From: an uncultured virus (IMG/VR IMGVR_UViG_3300024269_000049)
Taxonomy: Duplodnaviria > Heunggongvirae > Uroviricota > Caudoviricetes
DNA length: 20,000 nt
Virus record (IMG/VR): IMGVR_UViG_3300024269_000049
Span: 53,237 to 73,236 of that record
Direction: 5' to 3' (one strand)
Part shown: one piece after another, positions 1-8,829 of the stretch
How positions within the stretch are numbered: position 1 is the first letter of the stretch
Layout: each line of letters begins with the position of its first letter
Notes under the pieces: model-generated
The model's database searches: none
Told to the model about the DNA's origin: nothing
Seen by the model: the letters and a program-made list of their open reading frames with translations, nothing else
Position numbers and translations under genes: made by a program

Positions 1-322
1 TGTTAAATGTTAATCCATGTTTTTTACATGACAATCTATTATATCTTTCTATATTTACAGAATTAGAACCTGTATATATTCCTATCATTGTTAGCGTAGT
101 TCCATTAAATAATCCTGTTGAATTACATCTAAGACATCTGAACACTAATGGTTGATCATCATCAGGATTTATTCTGATAGACAAATGTGCAGAGTTTGCA
201 TTTTTAATCGAATCCCCACAGAATGGACATCTAACATTTAATTCATAGTTCTTGTAATATGATGGTTTAATATTTAATAATATTTCATTTATTAATTCTT
301 TCTTAAATTCTCTACTATCCAT
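1..322 (-). CDS. DNA primase-like protein, N-terminal Zn-finger (partial, runs off window start)
   Basis: Manual translation MDSREFKKELINEILLNIKPSYYKNYELNVRCPFCGDS...FRCLRC; CPxCGDS...CxxC resembles the phage (T4 gp61-like) primase Zn-binding domain; RBS GAGGTG upstream. Confidence 0.7.
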   Translation of the reverse strand, partial: MDSREFKKELINEILLNIKPSYYKNYELNVRCPFCGDSIKNANSAHLSIRINPDDDQPLVFRCLRCNSTGLFNGTTLTMIGIYTGSNSVNIERYNRLSCKKHGLTFN

Positions 323-347
323 ATAATCACCTCTTAAAAAATAAATA

Positions 348-378
348 GTTCATGGGTAATTAAATATTACCCATGAAC
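348..378 (-). terminator. Intrinsic terminator overlapping the stop codon of the ~500-aa gene
   Basis: 13-bp perfect stem GTTCATGGGTAAT/ATTACCCATGAAC, 5-nt loop, T-rich tail on the minus strand. Confidence 0.65.
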
Positions 379-1862
379 ATTAAGAATTCATCACTTACTA
401 AATCTTCATCTATAGATATTGTTTTTCCTTGTAGATCTTGATTATGATAATCTACAAATTCAAATTTAGTTTTCAATAATGTTGATAAGACATCTAATAT
501 AACTCTAGGTCCTTTTAGTTTTAATAGTTTAGCATATTTCTTTTCTACTAAACGTTTGTATCTATCAGACTGTTCTATCTTATCTACAAATTTAAGACTT
601 CTCATTGCTTTGTTTGCATTTCTATCTAACATATTTCCAACTATCATATGTTGTAAATACTTATAACCTTGTGACTGCATTTTATATTTCATCAGAATCA
701 CTAATCGTGCAAATTGTTCTGATGATAATGCTTCCATCTCACTAAAACCATTAAACTGTTTAGCGAAATATAGTTTAATTAATTGAAGTTGAAAATCTGT
801 TGGTCTATAATTCTTTTTATAATATTTGATTTCTTCATCAGATATATCAACTTTTAAACTATCTTGTAAATTTTGTAATACGGTTTCTTTATTAACTGTA
901 CTAATAACTACATTTGATAAATCTTTTCTAAGCATAGACATTTCCATTTTATCTTGTTGAGACAATGAATCATCATTATCTCTTTCATCTGAAATTTCTG
1001 TTGGAAATAATTTATACTTTTCCTTTGTAAAGTTTCTAAAATCTCTTGAAACTGTTGATCTTATTAAGGCTATATTATGAGAATTTTCATTGTAATCTAA
1101 TTTAGGAATTATATTACTTACAATGTTTTGTAATCTAGTTTCTGCAAATGATATAGGATCGAAATCTCCTATAAGTTCTCTTTGATGCCATATCTGTGCA
1201 TCTCTTTTCTCACTGTCTTTAGTTTCTTTTAATATGAATGCAAACAGTTTCTCTTTTAAATTTATCCCCTTCCCACAGATTTCGAATAATGGATCATAAT
1301 ATTTGTTTATTATAAACATCTTATTCGTATGCATAAATCTATGAGAATAATGTAAAATTAATGGTATTAATAAATTTGTACACATAGACATTCTATAAAG
1401 AATTGCATTGTGTTCATCTGTAAATGATGATTCTTTACCATATTTAGCTGTCTTAACTTCACATTCAATACTTCGTGTGTTGTTTAATTCTACTAAAGCA
1501 TTTACTTGTTTTAATATCGGTTCGGTTATGATTGTATCATATAATAATTTTATGAATGAATCTTCACTTAGAGGACCAGATCTTGTATCTAATAATGTTT
1601 TGATTTTGAATAATGCAGTTATATATAATTTATCTGGATCATAATACTTAACAAAATAATTAAGATGGTTACATATTAATGAAGTTTGTTTTCTATACTT
1701 GCTTTTAAATGTAAACATACTTATCATTTTATCAGGTAATTCAAAATGCAACATTCTATCAAAAGCCACCATTAAGATACCATTATCAAATATAAATAAT
1801 TGATCATCCTCTGTTTGATCTTTAACCCAATTTTCATAAAGAACTTTATTATTGTTAACCAT
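360..1862 (-). CDS. Putative non-virion RNA polymerase promoter-specificity subunit (AR9 gp226 / phiKZ gp68-like)
   Basis: About 500 aa; lies two genes downstream of the chaperonin, matching AR9 gp228 (chaperonin)/gp226 numbering; sequence character recalled as similar; early-type motif upstream. ATG at 1862 fits RBS GGGGTG better than TTG at 1871. Confidence 0.6.
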   Translation of the reverse strand: MVNNNKVLYENWVKDQTEDDQLFIFDNGILMVAFDRMLHFELPDKMISMFTFKSKYRKQTSLICNHLNYFVKYYDPDKLYITALFKIKTLLDTRSGPLSEDSFIKLLYDTIITEPILKQVNALVELNNTRSIECEVKTAKYGKESSFTDEHNAILYRMSMCTNLLIPLILHYSHRFMHTNKMFIINKYYDPLFEICGKGINLKEKLFAFILKETKDSEKRDAQIWHQRELIGDFDPISFAETRLQNIVSNIIPKLDYNENSHNIALIRSTVSRDFRNFTKEKYKLFPTEISDERDNDDSLSQQDKMEMSMLRKDLSNVVISTVNKETVLQNLQDSLKVDISDEEIKYYKKNYRPTDFQLQLIKLYFAKQFNGFSEMEALSSEQFARLVILMKYKMQSQGYKYLQHMIVGNMLDRNANKAMRSLKFVDKIEQSDRYKRLVEKKYAKLLKLKGPRVILDVLSTLLKTKFEFVDYHNQDLQGKTISIDEDLVSDEFLMFMGNI

Positions 1863-1904
1863 ACCGATCAATCACCCCTTATTATTTTTTATTTGTTTCA
1901 TTGT

Positions 1905-1937
1905 TATAATATATAATTGAAAAATTACCTTTTTACA
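1905..1937 (-). promoter_or_regulatory. Putative early phage promoter TGTAA-N12-TCAA-N3-TATATTATA
   Basis: Same spacing as the copies at 9632-9664 and 14911-14943; core resembles the phiKZ early motif TATATTAC. Confidence 0.65.
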
Positions 1938-1942
1938 TATAG

Positions 1943-2722
1943 TCATTTTTTCTTTCTTATTGGAGTAATTTTATTAGCACCTGTTTTCTTAGCTTTAGTT
2001 TTCTTAATTGTATTTACTCCTCCTGAACTAGGATTTTTATTCTGACGTTTTTCTAAATAATCATCTTTTAACTTTTTAGTTTTTTTATCTAATTTAAGTT
2101 TCTCTGCTTTTCTTTTTTCTCTCATCACTTTATCTGCTCTTTTATATTCTTCTTCTATGATATTCATGTGTTTTATCTCTTTAAGGACGTTCTTAGTTAA
2201 TTTCTCTCCATATGTTTTAACATATGATTTTTGAAGAACTTGTTTATCTTCCATTATATATTTACAAGCAAAATAAATAGATTTTTCATAACTAAATATT
2301 AAGCCTGGGTTTTTGCTAACTGGAGGTCTTGTTAATACAACCTCTTCATATTTATTAGATAATTCTTTAATCAAATACCCGTTTAGATTTGCTACATATG
2401 CATATCCATACGTAAAACTAGGACAATTTGAAAAGAACTCTATCTGATATTGTCTATAAGATTGATCGAATTTCTCATTCTTTTCAGTTTGTTTAAATTT
2501 AATAATCACGTCATATGTTACATCCCTATCAACATTTTCTGATGGAATCATGACGTGATAATAAACATCTTTTTCTGTTGTATAAATCTTCATAGTTATG
2601 TTTTGTTTTTCTTTTAATAATTTTAATCTATAATCTAAAACCATTAACAATTGATCTTTTCCGGGTATAACTGCTCCTTTACCCATAGGGTTTTTTAAAA
2701 ACTCATCAATTTTCATACTCAT
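1943..2722 (-). CDS. Hypothetical jumbo-phage protein with Lys-rich C-terminus
   Basis: 259-aa ORF, RBS GAGGAGG (second ATG at 2716 may be the true start); between the chaperonin and the gp226-like gene. Confidence 0.75.
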   Translation of the reverse strand: MSMKIDEFLKNPMGKGAVIPGKDQLLMVLDYRLKLLKEKQNITMKIYTTEKDVYYHVMIPSENVDRDVTYDVIIKFKQTEKNEKFDQSYRQYQIEFFSNCPSFTYGYAYVANLNGYLIKELSNKYEEVVLTRPPVSKNPGLIFSYEKSIYFACKYIMEDKQVLQKSYVKTYGEKLTKNVLKEIKHMNIIEEEYKRADKVMREKRKAEKLKLDKKTKKLKDDYLEKRQNKNPSSGGVNTIKKTKAKKTGANKITPIRKKK

Positions 2723-2743
2723 CCTCCTCTCTTAAACAAACCT

Positions 2744-2761
2744 TAAAAATATGTTGTTGTT
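2744..2761 (-). promoter_or_regulatory. Putative late promoter(s), two overlapping AACA-N6-TA matches
   Basis: AACA-ACAACA-TA (2761-2750) and AACA-TATTTT-TA (2755-2744), just upstream of the RBS. Confidence 0.5.
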
Positions 2762-2778
2762 AATATAAAAAATAATTT

Positions 2779-2804
2779 AGAGGATAACAAATATGTTATC
2801 CTCT
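2779..2804 (-). terminator. Terminator after the chaperonin gene
   Basis: 11-bp stem AGAGGATAACA/TGTTATCCTCT, 4-nt loop. Confidence 0.65.
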
Positions 2805-2810
2805 TTTTTA

Positions 2811-4637
2811 TTAGAATCTTACTGCAACGTATTGATTACTACTTAATAATAATCCTATTATACCTGCTGTAGCTCTTAATACTTCTATATCAGTTTTACA
2901 ACTATTTATTATCGTATTATCTAAAGCCATTTCTCTAACTATAGCTTCAGGTTTAAATACATCATCTAAATCAGGAGTTTTAAATACTTTTTCAAACTTA
3001 TGGAAGAATCTTTGTAACCAATTTCCATCTTCTAAGCTTATATTATCAGCTCCTACGATTTCAACAAATTCTATTTCAGTTCTTTCTATATCTATAACAG
3101 CTTGTGCTTTTATAGATTCTTTTAATAACTTATTCATAATATAATGTGGTATATGTTCTTTAAATTTATTTTCTAATAATATTCTAGTTACATCTTTATA
3201 TGCATCACTTATTGCATCAAGATACATATTTCCTATTTTATTCTTTTTATATTTTTCATCATTTCTTAAATCTTGTATTGCTGTTTGTATACCTATAGTT
3301 TGACCTGGAGTTACACCGAATAAATAAGCAGACTCACATGCTTTAACAGCATCTTCAACTAAATCAAAGTTTGCAAGTTTAGCTAATTCTGTACTTCCTC
3401 CAACGTTTATTATACCCATATTTCCTTTTAGTTTAGACATTCTTTGTTTAGCATTTACTAATGCTTCAGTTATCGTACTAGATTTTTCAGCAGCTTGATG
3501 TAAATCTTGATATTTAGATATAGCATCTTTTTCTAATATTTGTAACATACCTTCATCTTTTTTGATGAATCCTGTTGCAAATGTAGATTGTTCTCCTATA
3601 TCCATTTCTTCAACTTCACCAAGATATTCTTCTACTTTAAATTCTAAATCTCCTTTTAAAACGTCTAGTGCTATACTTTCATTTATTATTGTACATCCAC
3701 ATAAAGCAGCGAAATCATTAAATAAATCAGCTCTATGTTCATCCATTAAAGAACCTTTAGCATATACTGCTGTAGATGTTTTAGTTGCTTTAAATTCTAA
3801 ACTTAAATCTCTTGCAAATCTTTGTAATAAGAAAGAATCGTAATAAGGTGCAACTACAACTAATCTTTGTCCTCTATCTATAGCAGCTCTTATTGCTGGT
3901 TGTATTAATGGTTCAAAATAATCTTGTTCTAATTTATGATTAAACATTAATATTATTGGTTTCTTAATATTACAAGTTCCATTATCATTATTTATGAATA
4001 TTCTATCAATATATGTCATAAATTGTAATTTATAACCTTTTAATACTTCATAAGTTGTATTTGATGATTTAGATTTATTAAATTCTATAGCTGGGTTTCC
4101 AGTTTCTTTATATATAGTTCTTATCATTTCAGCTATACTAGAATCACCATTAGTTGATACTAACGCCAATTTATATATTTCGTCTAAATCACCTTCTTTA
4201 TTTATAGGTACTGCTATTTCTTGTATTTTATCACATATATCTTCAACAACTTCTTCTAATGTATCTAAAAGCTGTTTTGGTCTTAAATTAGTTTTCTTAG
4301 CTATATCATCCATTTGTTGTAATAATTGGTTGGCACCTACTACAGATGTAGTTGAACCGTCCCCAACTCTCATAACAACTTGATGTGCTATTTTAACTAT
4401 TAATCCTAATAATGTATTTTGAACTTCGTCCATATAAGCTAATTTTTTTAACACTTGCCATCCATCTTTAGATAACATAACGTCTCCAACTTTATCTAAA
4501 ACTGAAGTTGCACCATAAGGTCCAAGAGTTTTACTTAATGTATTGGAAACATCATCAAATAAAAGATGAATTCTTTCCCTATATTCTTCTTCTGTAATAA
4601 CATTATTATTCATATTTATTTTATATTTATTATCCAT
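2811..4637 (-). CDS. groEL: Phage GroEL-like chaperonin
   Basis: Motifs TLGPYG, SKDG, VGDGSTTS, INVGG, EDAVKA; 608 aa; RBS GGAGGT. Confidence 0.92.
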   Translation of the reverse strand: MDNKYKINMNNNVITEEEYRERIHLLFDDVSNTLSKTLGPYGATSVLDKVGDVMLSKDGWQVLKKLAYMDEVQNTLLGLIVKIAHQVVMRVGDGSTTSVVGANQLLQQMDDIAKKTNLRPKQLLDTLEEVVEDICDKIQEIAVPINKEGDLDEIYKLALVSTNGDSSIAEMIRTIYKETGNPAIEFNKSKSSNTTYEVLKGYKLQFMTYIDRIFINNDNGTCNIKKPIILMFNHKLEQDYFEPLIQPAIRAAIDRGQRLVVVAPYYDSFLLQRFARDLSLEFKATKTSTAVYAKGSLMDEHRADLFNDFAALCGCTIINESIALDVLKGDLEFKVEEYLGEVEEMDIGEQSTFATGFIKKDEGMLQILEKDAISKYQDLHQAAEKSSTITEALVNAKQRMSKLKGNMGIINVGGSTELAKLANFDLVEDAVKACESAYLFGVTPGQTIGIQTAIQDLRNDEKYKKNKIGNMYLDAISDAYKDVTRILLENKFKEHIPHYIMNKLLKESIKAQAVIDIERTEIEFVEIVGADNISLEDGNWLQRFFHKFEKVFKTPDLDDVFKPEAIVREMALDNTIINSCKTDIEVLRATAGIIGLLLSSNQYVAVRF

Positions 4638-4665
4638 ATCTAATTACCTCCAAGTTTTTAAATAT

Positions 4666-4677
4666 TATAAATTTGTT
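4666..4677 (-). promoter_or_regulatory. Putative late promoter AACA-N6-TA
   Basis: TAACAAATTTATA; the identical 13-mer lies upstream of the DNA polymerase gene (12643-12655). Confidence 0.6.
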
Positions 4678-4684
4678 ATGGGGT

Positions 4685-5440
4685 TTATTTATTATCATCC
4701 AGCTCACTCATGTCAAACTGAGTAAAATGCTCTTTCTCTAGTTTTAATACTGGTGTAACCCCTAATTTAAATACTTCATTCTTAATTACTTCTTCATCTA
4801 ATCCTTTAACCTTTAATCCAAATTCTTCATCTAATTCATAATTACATCCTAACTCTCCTAATAATATTTCTGTATAAGGAATAAGTTTATGTTCGATTAA
4901 TTGATGTACATACTTAACATCATTAAGCACATAGCATGTTGGTTTATTAGGTAAAAACTTAACTGCTTCAATGAAATCTCCAGTAAGGAATTTTATCTTA
5001 TCTCTATACTTTTCAAAATATACATTACAATCTATAATTGCTTGATGTGCTAATTCTTCTATATAAATATAAAATTCTTTTATTCTATCCTGTTCAAATA
5101 TGTTATACATTTTAGCACCAAACTCACTAAATTTAGATTGTGTGTAAATTGAAGTTAATTCTTCATTAAATGTTTTTAATAGTAAATCACAAGTTTCATC
5201 TGGACAATCTGGTTTCTTTATATATTTAAGAGGATTTATATCTAATCTCTCTGCACATATTCTTTCCAAATTATAAATGTCAAAATCTTTTATCTTATCT
5301 AATTCTAAATAATCTTTTAAATCATCATAATAGTTGTTACATATTTCATGTAATAATACAGGATATGTCATCTTTATCATATCTTTATAACATATAAACA
5401 TATAATGGTCTCTTGTACCGAAATAATTCACATCACCCAT
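4685..5440 (-). CDS. Hypothetical protein
   Basis: About 251 aa; RBS GAGGTG precedes the ATG at 5440; no motif recognised with confidence. Confidence 0.75.
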   Translation of the reverse strand: MGDVNYFGTRDHYMFICYKDMIKMTYPVLLHEICNNYYDDLKDYLELDKIKDFDIYNLERICAERLDINPLKYIKKPDCPDETCDLLLKTFNEELTSIYTQSKFSEFGAKMYNIFEQDRIKEFYIYIEELAHQAIIDCNVYFEKYRDKIKFLTGDFIEAVKFLPNKPTCYVLNDVKYVHQLIEHKLIPYTEILLGELGCNYELDEEFGLKVKGLDEEVIKNEVFKLGVTPVLKLEKEHFTQFDMSELDDNK

Positions 5441-5462
5441 TTTTATCACCTCGTATAATAAT

Positions 5463-5495
5463 AAAAAAAGAATGACGAAGAATCGTCATTCTTTT
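5463..5495 (-). terminator. Intrinsic terminator
   Basis: Stem AAAAGAATGACGA/TCGTCATTCTTTT, T-tract on the minus strand, right after the stop at 5499. Confidence 0.8.
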
Positions 5496-5498
5496 ATT

Positions 5499-6281
5499 TT
5501 AGAATATATCATTTAAATCATCTAAACTTGTTGTTTGTACCTGTTCAGGTTTATTATTATAATTTTGTGTTGCAAATGTTGCTTTATTATAACTTCCTGT
5601 AAAATTACCTGAATCTAAAGCACCAACTTTACTTCCTATCTTAGTTACTTTATCCATTAAGCTATTTCTATAGAATTTATCATTATATCTATCAGAATGT
5701 ACATTAGCCTGTAAAGATACTTTTATATATTCTCTTAAAGCCTCTTTAAATACTTCATATTCTGATTGATAAACTTTAACATCATCTATTTCACCTGTTG
5801 CTGGATTATAACCTTCAATTACTTCTTCATCTCTTATAAATGTATAAGAGAATCTTTGATCTGGTAATTTAGTTTGTGGATTTAAATCTCTACAAACATG
5901 ACATATTATATTTAAATTACCTTCTATTTTTCTAGCTTCTACAACTAACATATTTGTACTTGAAGCTAATGGTAATACTATCGCAACTGAAGCTTCTTTA
6001 TCTTCAGCTATTGCTTTATCTATTATAAGATTTAAAGCTCTTAATAATGATTGTGCTTTATCAACTCTTAATGTAACAGATATTTTTTGTTCATAATCAT
6101 AAACTTGTTTTTCTGTAGGATTCTTTAATCTAGGATGTAGCATTATGTTTAATTTGTCATCCCAATATTGAACCACTAATGTAGAAGCTTCTACACCAGT
6201 TTGGTTCTTCATTTGAATTCCTCTTGTATTTACTGATTCATTCTTTCCATTATTATCTTTATTATAATTATTAAAAGCCAT
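5499..6281 (-). CDS. Putative single-stranded DNA-binding protein
   Basis: 260 aa, beta-rich-looking core, flexible N/Q tail ending in acidic-hydrophobic LDDLNDIF, typical of SSB C-termini; strong RBS and its own terminator. Confidence 0.45.
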   Translation of the reverse strand: MAFNNYNKDNNGKNESVNTRGIQMKNQTGVEASTLVVQYWDDKLNIMLHPRLKNPTEKQVYDYEQKISVTLRVDKAQSLLRALNLIIDKAIAEDKEASVAIVLPLASSTNMLVVEARKIEGNLNIICHVCRDLNPQTKLPDQRFSYTFIRDEEVIEGYNPATGEIDDVKVYQSEYEVFKEALREYIKVSLQANVHSDRYNDKFYRNSLMDKVTKIGSKVGALDSGNFTGSYNKATFATQNYNNKPEQVQTTSLDDLNDIF

Positions 6282-6331
6282 ATAAATACCTCCTATATTT
6301 TTTTATTATAAATTCAAATTATTTAATTATT

Positions 6332-6559
6332 CTATTTCTTTTTACCTTTATTCGCAAGTTTATCTTTTTTAGACACTGGTTTTACAAATTCATATTTACA
6401 TTGTTCTCTTTTAAATTCTACACCTTTTTCCATTTCTTCTTCAACCCAATTCATAACTTCTAATACTGCTGTAAATTTTAAAGTTTCAAGTTTTTGTTTA
6501 GTTTTCGGATCTCTATAAACTCCTAATACGTGTAATTGTTTTACTAATTCTGCTTTCAT
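6332..6559 (-). CDS. Small basic hypothetical protein
   Basis: 75 aa, RBS AAGGAG. Confidence 0.7.
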   Translation of the reverse strand: MKAELVKQLHVLGVYRDPKTKQKLETLKFTAVLEVMNWVEEEMEKGVEFKREQCKYEFVKPVSKKDKLANKGKKK

Positions 6560-6580
6560 AATTCAACACTCCTTTTTTAA

Positions 6581-6820
6581 TTATTTGTATAAACTTCTAA
6601 AAGATCTCATAAATATATTTAAAACCCATTTATCTTCTTCACTCATAGCTTCATATTCATCTATTCCGTCTATATAAACAAGCCATTCTAATTCTTCGAA
6701 TGCCCATAATCCATTACCATGTTTTTTAACTATATCTAAAAATTTCATCCTCAATTTAGCTTCTATAGGATGCATATATATACATTCTAATTCATCCTTC
6801 AAATCTAATGGCTTATACAT
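6581..6820 (-). CDS. Hypothetical protein
   Basis: 79 aa, RBS AAGGAG. Confidence 0.7.
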   Translation of the reverse strand: MYKPLDLKDELECIYMHPIEAKLRMKFLDIVKKHGNGLWAFEELEWLVYIDGIDEYEAMSEEDKWVLNIFMRSFRSLYK

Positions 6821-6849
6821 ATAATCATCTCCTTTAACTATTTTAATTC

Positions 6850-6861
6850 TAAATATTTGTT
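6850..6861 (-). promoter_or_regulatory. Putative late promoter AACA-N6-TA
   Basis: AACA-AATATT-TA, intergenic, 30 nt upstream of the 6820 start. Confidence 0.5.
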
Positions 6862-6864
6862 ATA

Positions 6865-7134
6865 TCACTCATAAAATTTTGTAGAAATTATATACTCGTT
6901 TAATTCTTTTTTATTCTCTATTAGAAATGCATCCCAAATTTCAAAATATTTATTGAAATATTTAGGATCATACATACCTCTCCATTTGAAAGGAACCCAA
7001 TTTTGTTTATTATCCATTACAGATATCATATTAACTCCATTAGATGATATTTTTGCTATATAGAATTTATTTTCTTTAAATACACCTTCAACCACATTCG
7101 ATTCAATGTTTTTTACTATATAACATTTTATCAT
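6865..7134 (-). CDS. Hypothetical protein
   Basis: 89 aa, RBS AGGAGG. Confidence 0.7.
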   Translation of the reverse strand: MIKCYIVKNIESNVVEGVFKENKFYIAKISSNGVNMISVMDNKQNWVPFKWRGMYDPKYFNKYFEIWDAFLIENKKELNEYIISTKFYE

Positions 7135-7221
7135 TTTTTATTCCTCCTTTTATTTTTTATAATTAATATTATATGTTTAACGGTATAACCTTTCTTTTTT
7201 AAATATAATAATAAAAGAATT

Positions 7222-7254
7222 TTTAGCGTATTTTTAATTACAAAATACGCTAAA
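7222..7254 (-). terminator. Terminator after the HD gene
   Basis: 13-bp stem TTTAGCGTATTTT/AAAATACGCTAAA. Confidence 0.65.
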
Positions 7255-7273
7255 TAAATCTTTAAATAATTCT

Positions 7274-7942
7274 TCATAGTTTATACTCTGCAGATTCTAT
7301 CTTAAGAGCATCAAGATACTCTTTGAATTTCTTTTTCTTTTGGATATATAATTCCTTTCCTGTTTTAGTTTTTACATATGCTAGTTCTCTTTCTATTTTA
7401 GCATACTTATTATCTAATAGTTTAATTAATTCTTGTATTGATAAATTCTTATTATGTGTTCTCAAACATACTCTACTTATTAATAATATTCCTATCTCAT
7501 CTAAGATATCAGCATCCATTACAACTTTCATTTCAGGTGTTAAATCTAACGAATCTAAATCTTTAGCACTATGATATAATATACAATCTAGAATTTTCTT
7601 TTTCTTTTTATCTAAATATGGAAACTTCTCAAAGAATATTTCAGCTAATCTATGGCTTACTAGATTATGAGAATTTTCACATACAGTTTTGCTTATATCA
7701 TGTAATAATAACGTTACTATAACTATCTCTTTATCTGCAATTTCTTTATTCATTAATCTTTCAGCTATTTTAATAGTTCTCATCGTATGTTCATATACCC
7801 TTGTAGATATCTTATTATAAGGATCTGTCAACTTTAAGAACAACTCTGCAAACTCATGAACGTTTTGAATATTAGATTTTGTTTCGTCCCATTCAAATAC
7901 TATTGAATCGAATGTTGATTTAATGTCTGCTAAATATTTCAT
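7274..7942 (-). CDS. HD-domain phosphohydrolase
   Basis: H...HD...H...D pattern: YEHTMR, LLHDI, YHS, DADILD. Confidence 0.88.
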   Translation of the reverse strand: MKYLADIKSTFDSIVFEWDETKSNIQNVHEFAELFLKLTDPYNKISTRVYEHTMRTIKIAERLMNKEIADKEIVIVTLLLHDISKTVCENSHNLVSHRLAEIFFEKFPYLDKKKKKILDCILYHSAKDLDSLDLTPEMKVVMDADILDEIGILLISRVCLRTHNKNLSIQELIKLLDNKYAKIERELAYVKTKTGKELYIQKKKKFKEYLDALKIESAEYKL

Positions 7943-7970
7943 TAATAATCACCCCTATAGAAAAATTATA

Positions 7971-7993
7971 GGAGTAAGGATTTTCCTTACTCC
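7971..7993 (-). terminator. Terminator after the HNH gene
   Basis: 9-bp stem GGAGTAAGG/CCTTACTCC followed by TATAATTTTT on the minus strand. Confidence 0.6.
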
Positions 7994-8009
7994 GTTTATA
8001 TTATTTGTT

Positions 8010-8771
8010 CTAATCATCGATACTTATATCATAATTAATTAAACTATCATAAAGGGCGTAAGGAATATAATTAATATACTCATTAGCAACCTCTTTTATA
8101 ACGTTTTCTTTATATTGTTTATAAACTAAAAATGCTTCTTCAGCGGTATTAAATAACCCTAAATGGTTTTGTTTATGATCGATATGACATAAGGCTGCAT
8201 ATTTTCCACATTTATGTTTATGGACACCTATAGGCAATTCTCCTCTACAAGCCTTACTAGAACAAAACATATCATTTATTCTTTGAGGAACAAAAACACA
8301 TGTTTCAGGACTGTATATTTTATTACCTTTACATAAAATATCTTTATCTAAATTCATTTGCTCACCATCTATTTCATAATAATTATCATAATACCATTTT
8401 GCAAAATTTTGATAATTTAACCAATCTTCACAAACTTCACAATCTATATATGTTGGTTTTTTATTGTGATAATTATTATCATAACAACGAGTTAACATCC
8501 CTCTCCATGTCTTATAACAATGCGTTTGTATACCGTCTATTACAGATTTATATTCACCCTCACCAATATACCCATGACCAACAACTCTTGGTTCATAAGG
8601 ACATTTTATATTACCGTGTTTAAATTTGTTGTATTGCACATGATAAATGTACCAATCATATTCAGGAAAATAAATATCGATATCTGTGTTATTTCTATAA
8701 CATGTTATTACTATTTTCGAACCAAAGTTATTATAACCTTCTTCACCTACTCTGTCTAATATTAAACTCAT
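8010..8771 (-). CDS. Free-standing HNH-type homing endonuclease with C-terminal AP2-like domain
   Basis: YKTWRGMLTRCY, VCEDWLNYQNFAKW, LDKDIL..GNKIYSPETCVFVP, LGLFNTAEEAFLVY; RBS AAGGAAG favours ATG at 8771 over 8795. Confidence 0.82.
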   Translation of the reverse strand: MSLILDRVGEEGYNNFGSKIVITCYRNNTDIDIYFPEYDWYIYHVQYNKFKHGNIKCPYEPRVVGHGYIGEGEYKSVIDGIQTHCYKTWRGMLTRCYDNNYHNKKPTYIDCEVCEDWLNYQNFAKWYYDNYYEIDGEQMNLDKDILCKGNKIYSPETCVFVPQRINDMFCSSKACRGELPIGVHKHKCGKYAALCHIDHKQNHLGLFNTAEEAFLVYKQYKENVIKEVANEYINYIPYALYDSLINYDISIDD

Positions 8772-8793
8772 ATTACACTTCCTTTCTATAAAC

Positions 8794-8821
8794 ATAACGG
8801 TAGAAATATTTCTACCGTTAT
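8794..8821. repeat. Perfect 28-bp palindrome (probable terminator hairpin)
   Basis: ATAACGGTAGAAAT|ATTTCTACCGTTAT. Confidence 0.8.
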
Positions 8822-8829
8822 CTAATAAT

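Noticed and set aside
7163..8009. Additional AACA motifs upstream of 7134 and 7942
   Set aside because: They read AACA-N6-AT rather than N6-TA, too weak a match in AT-rich DNA
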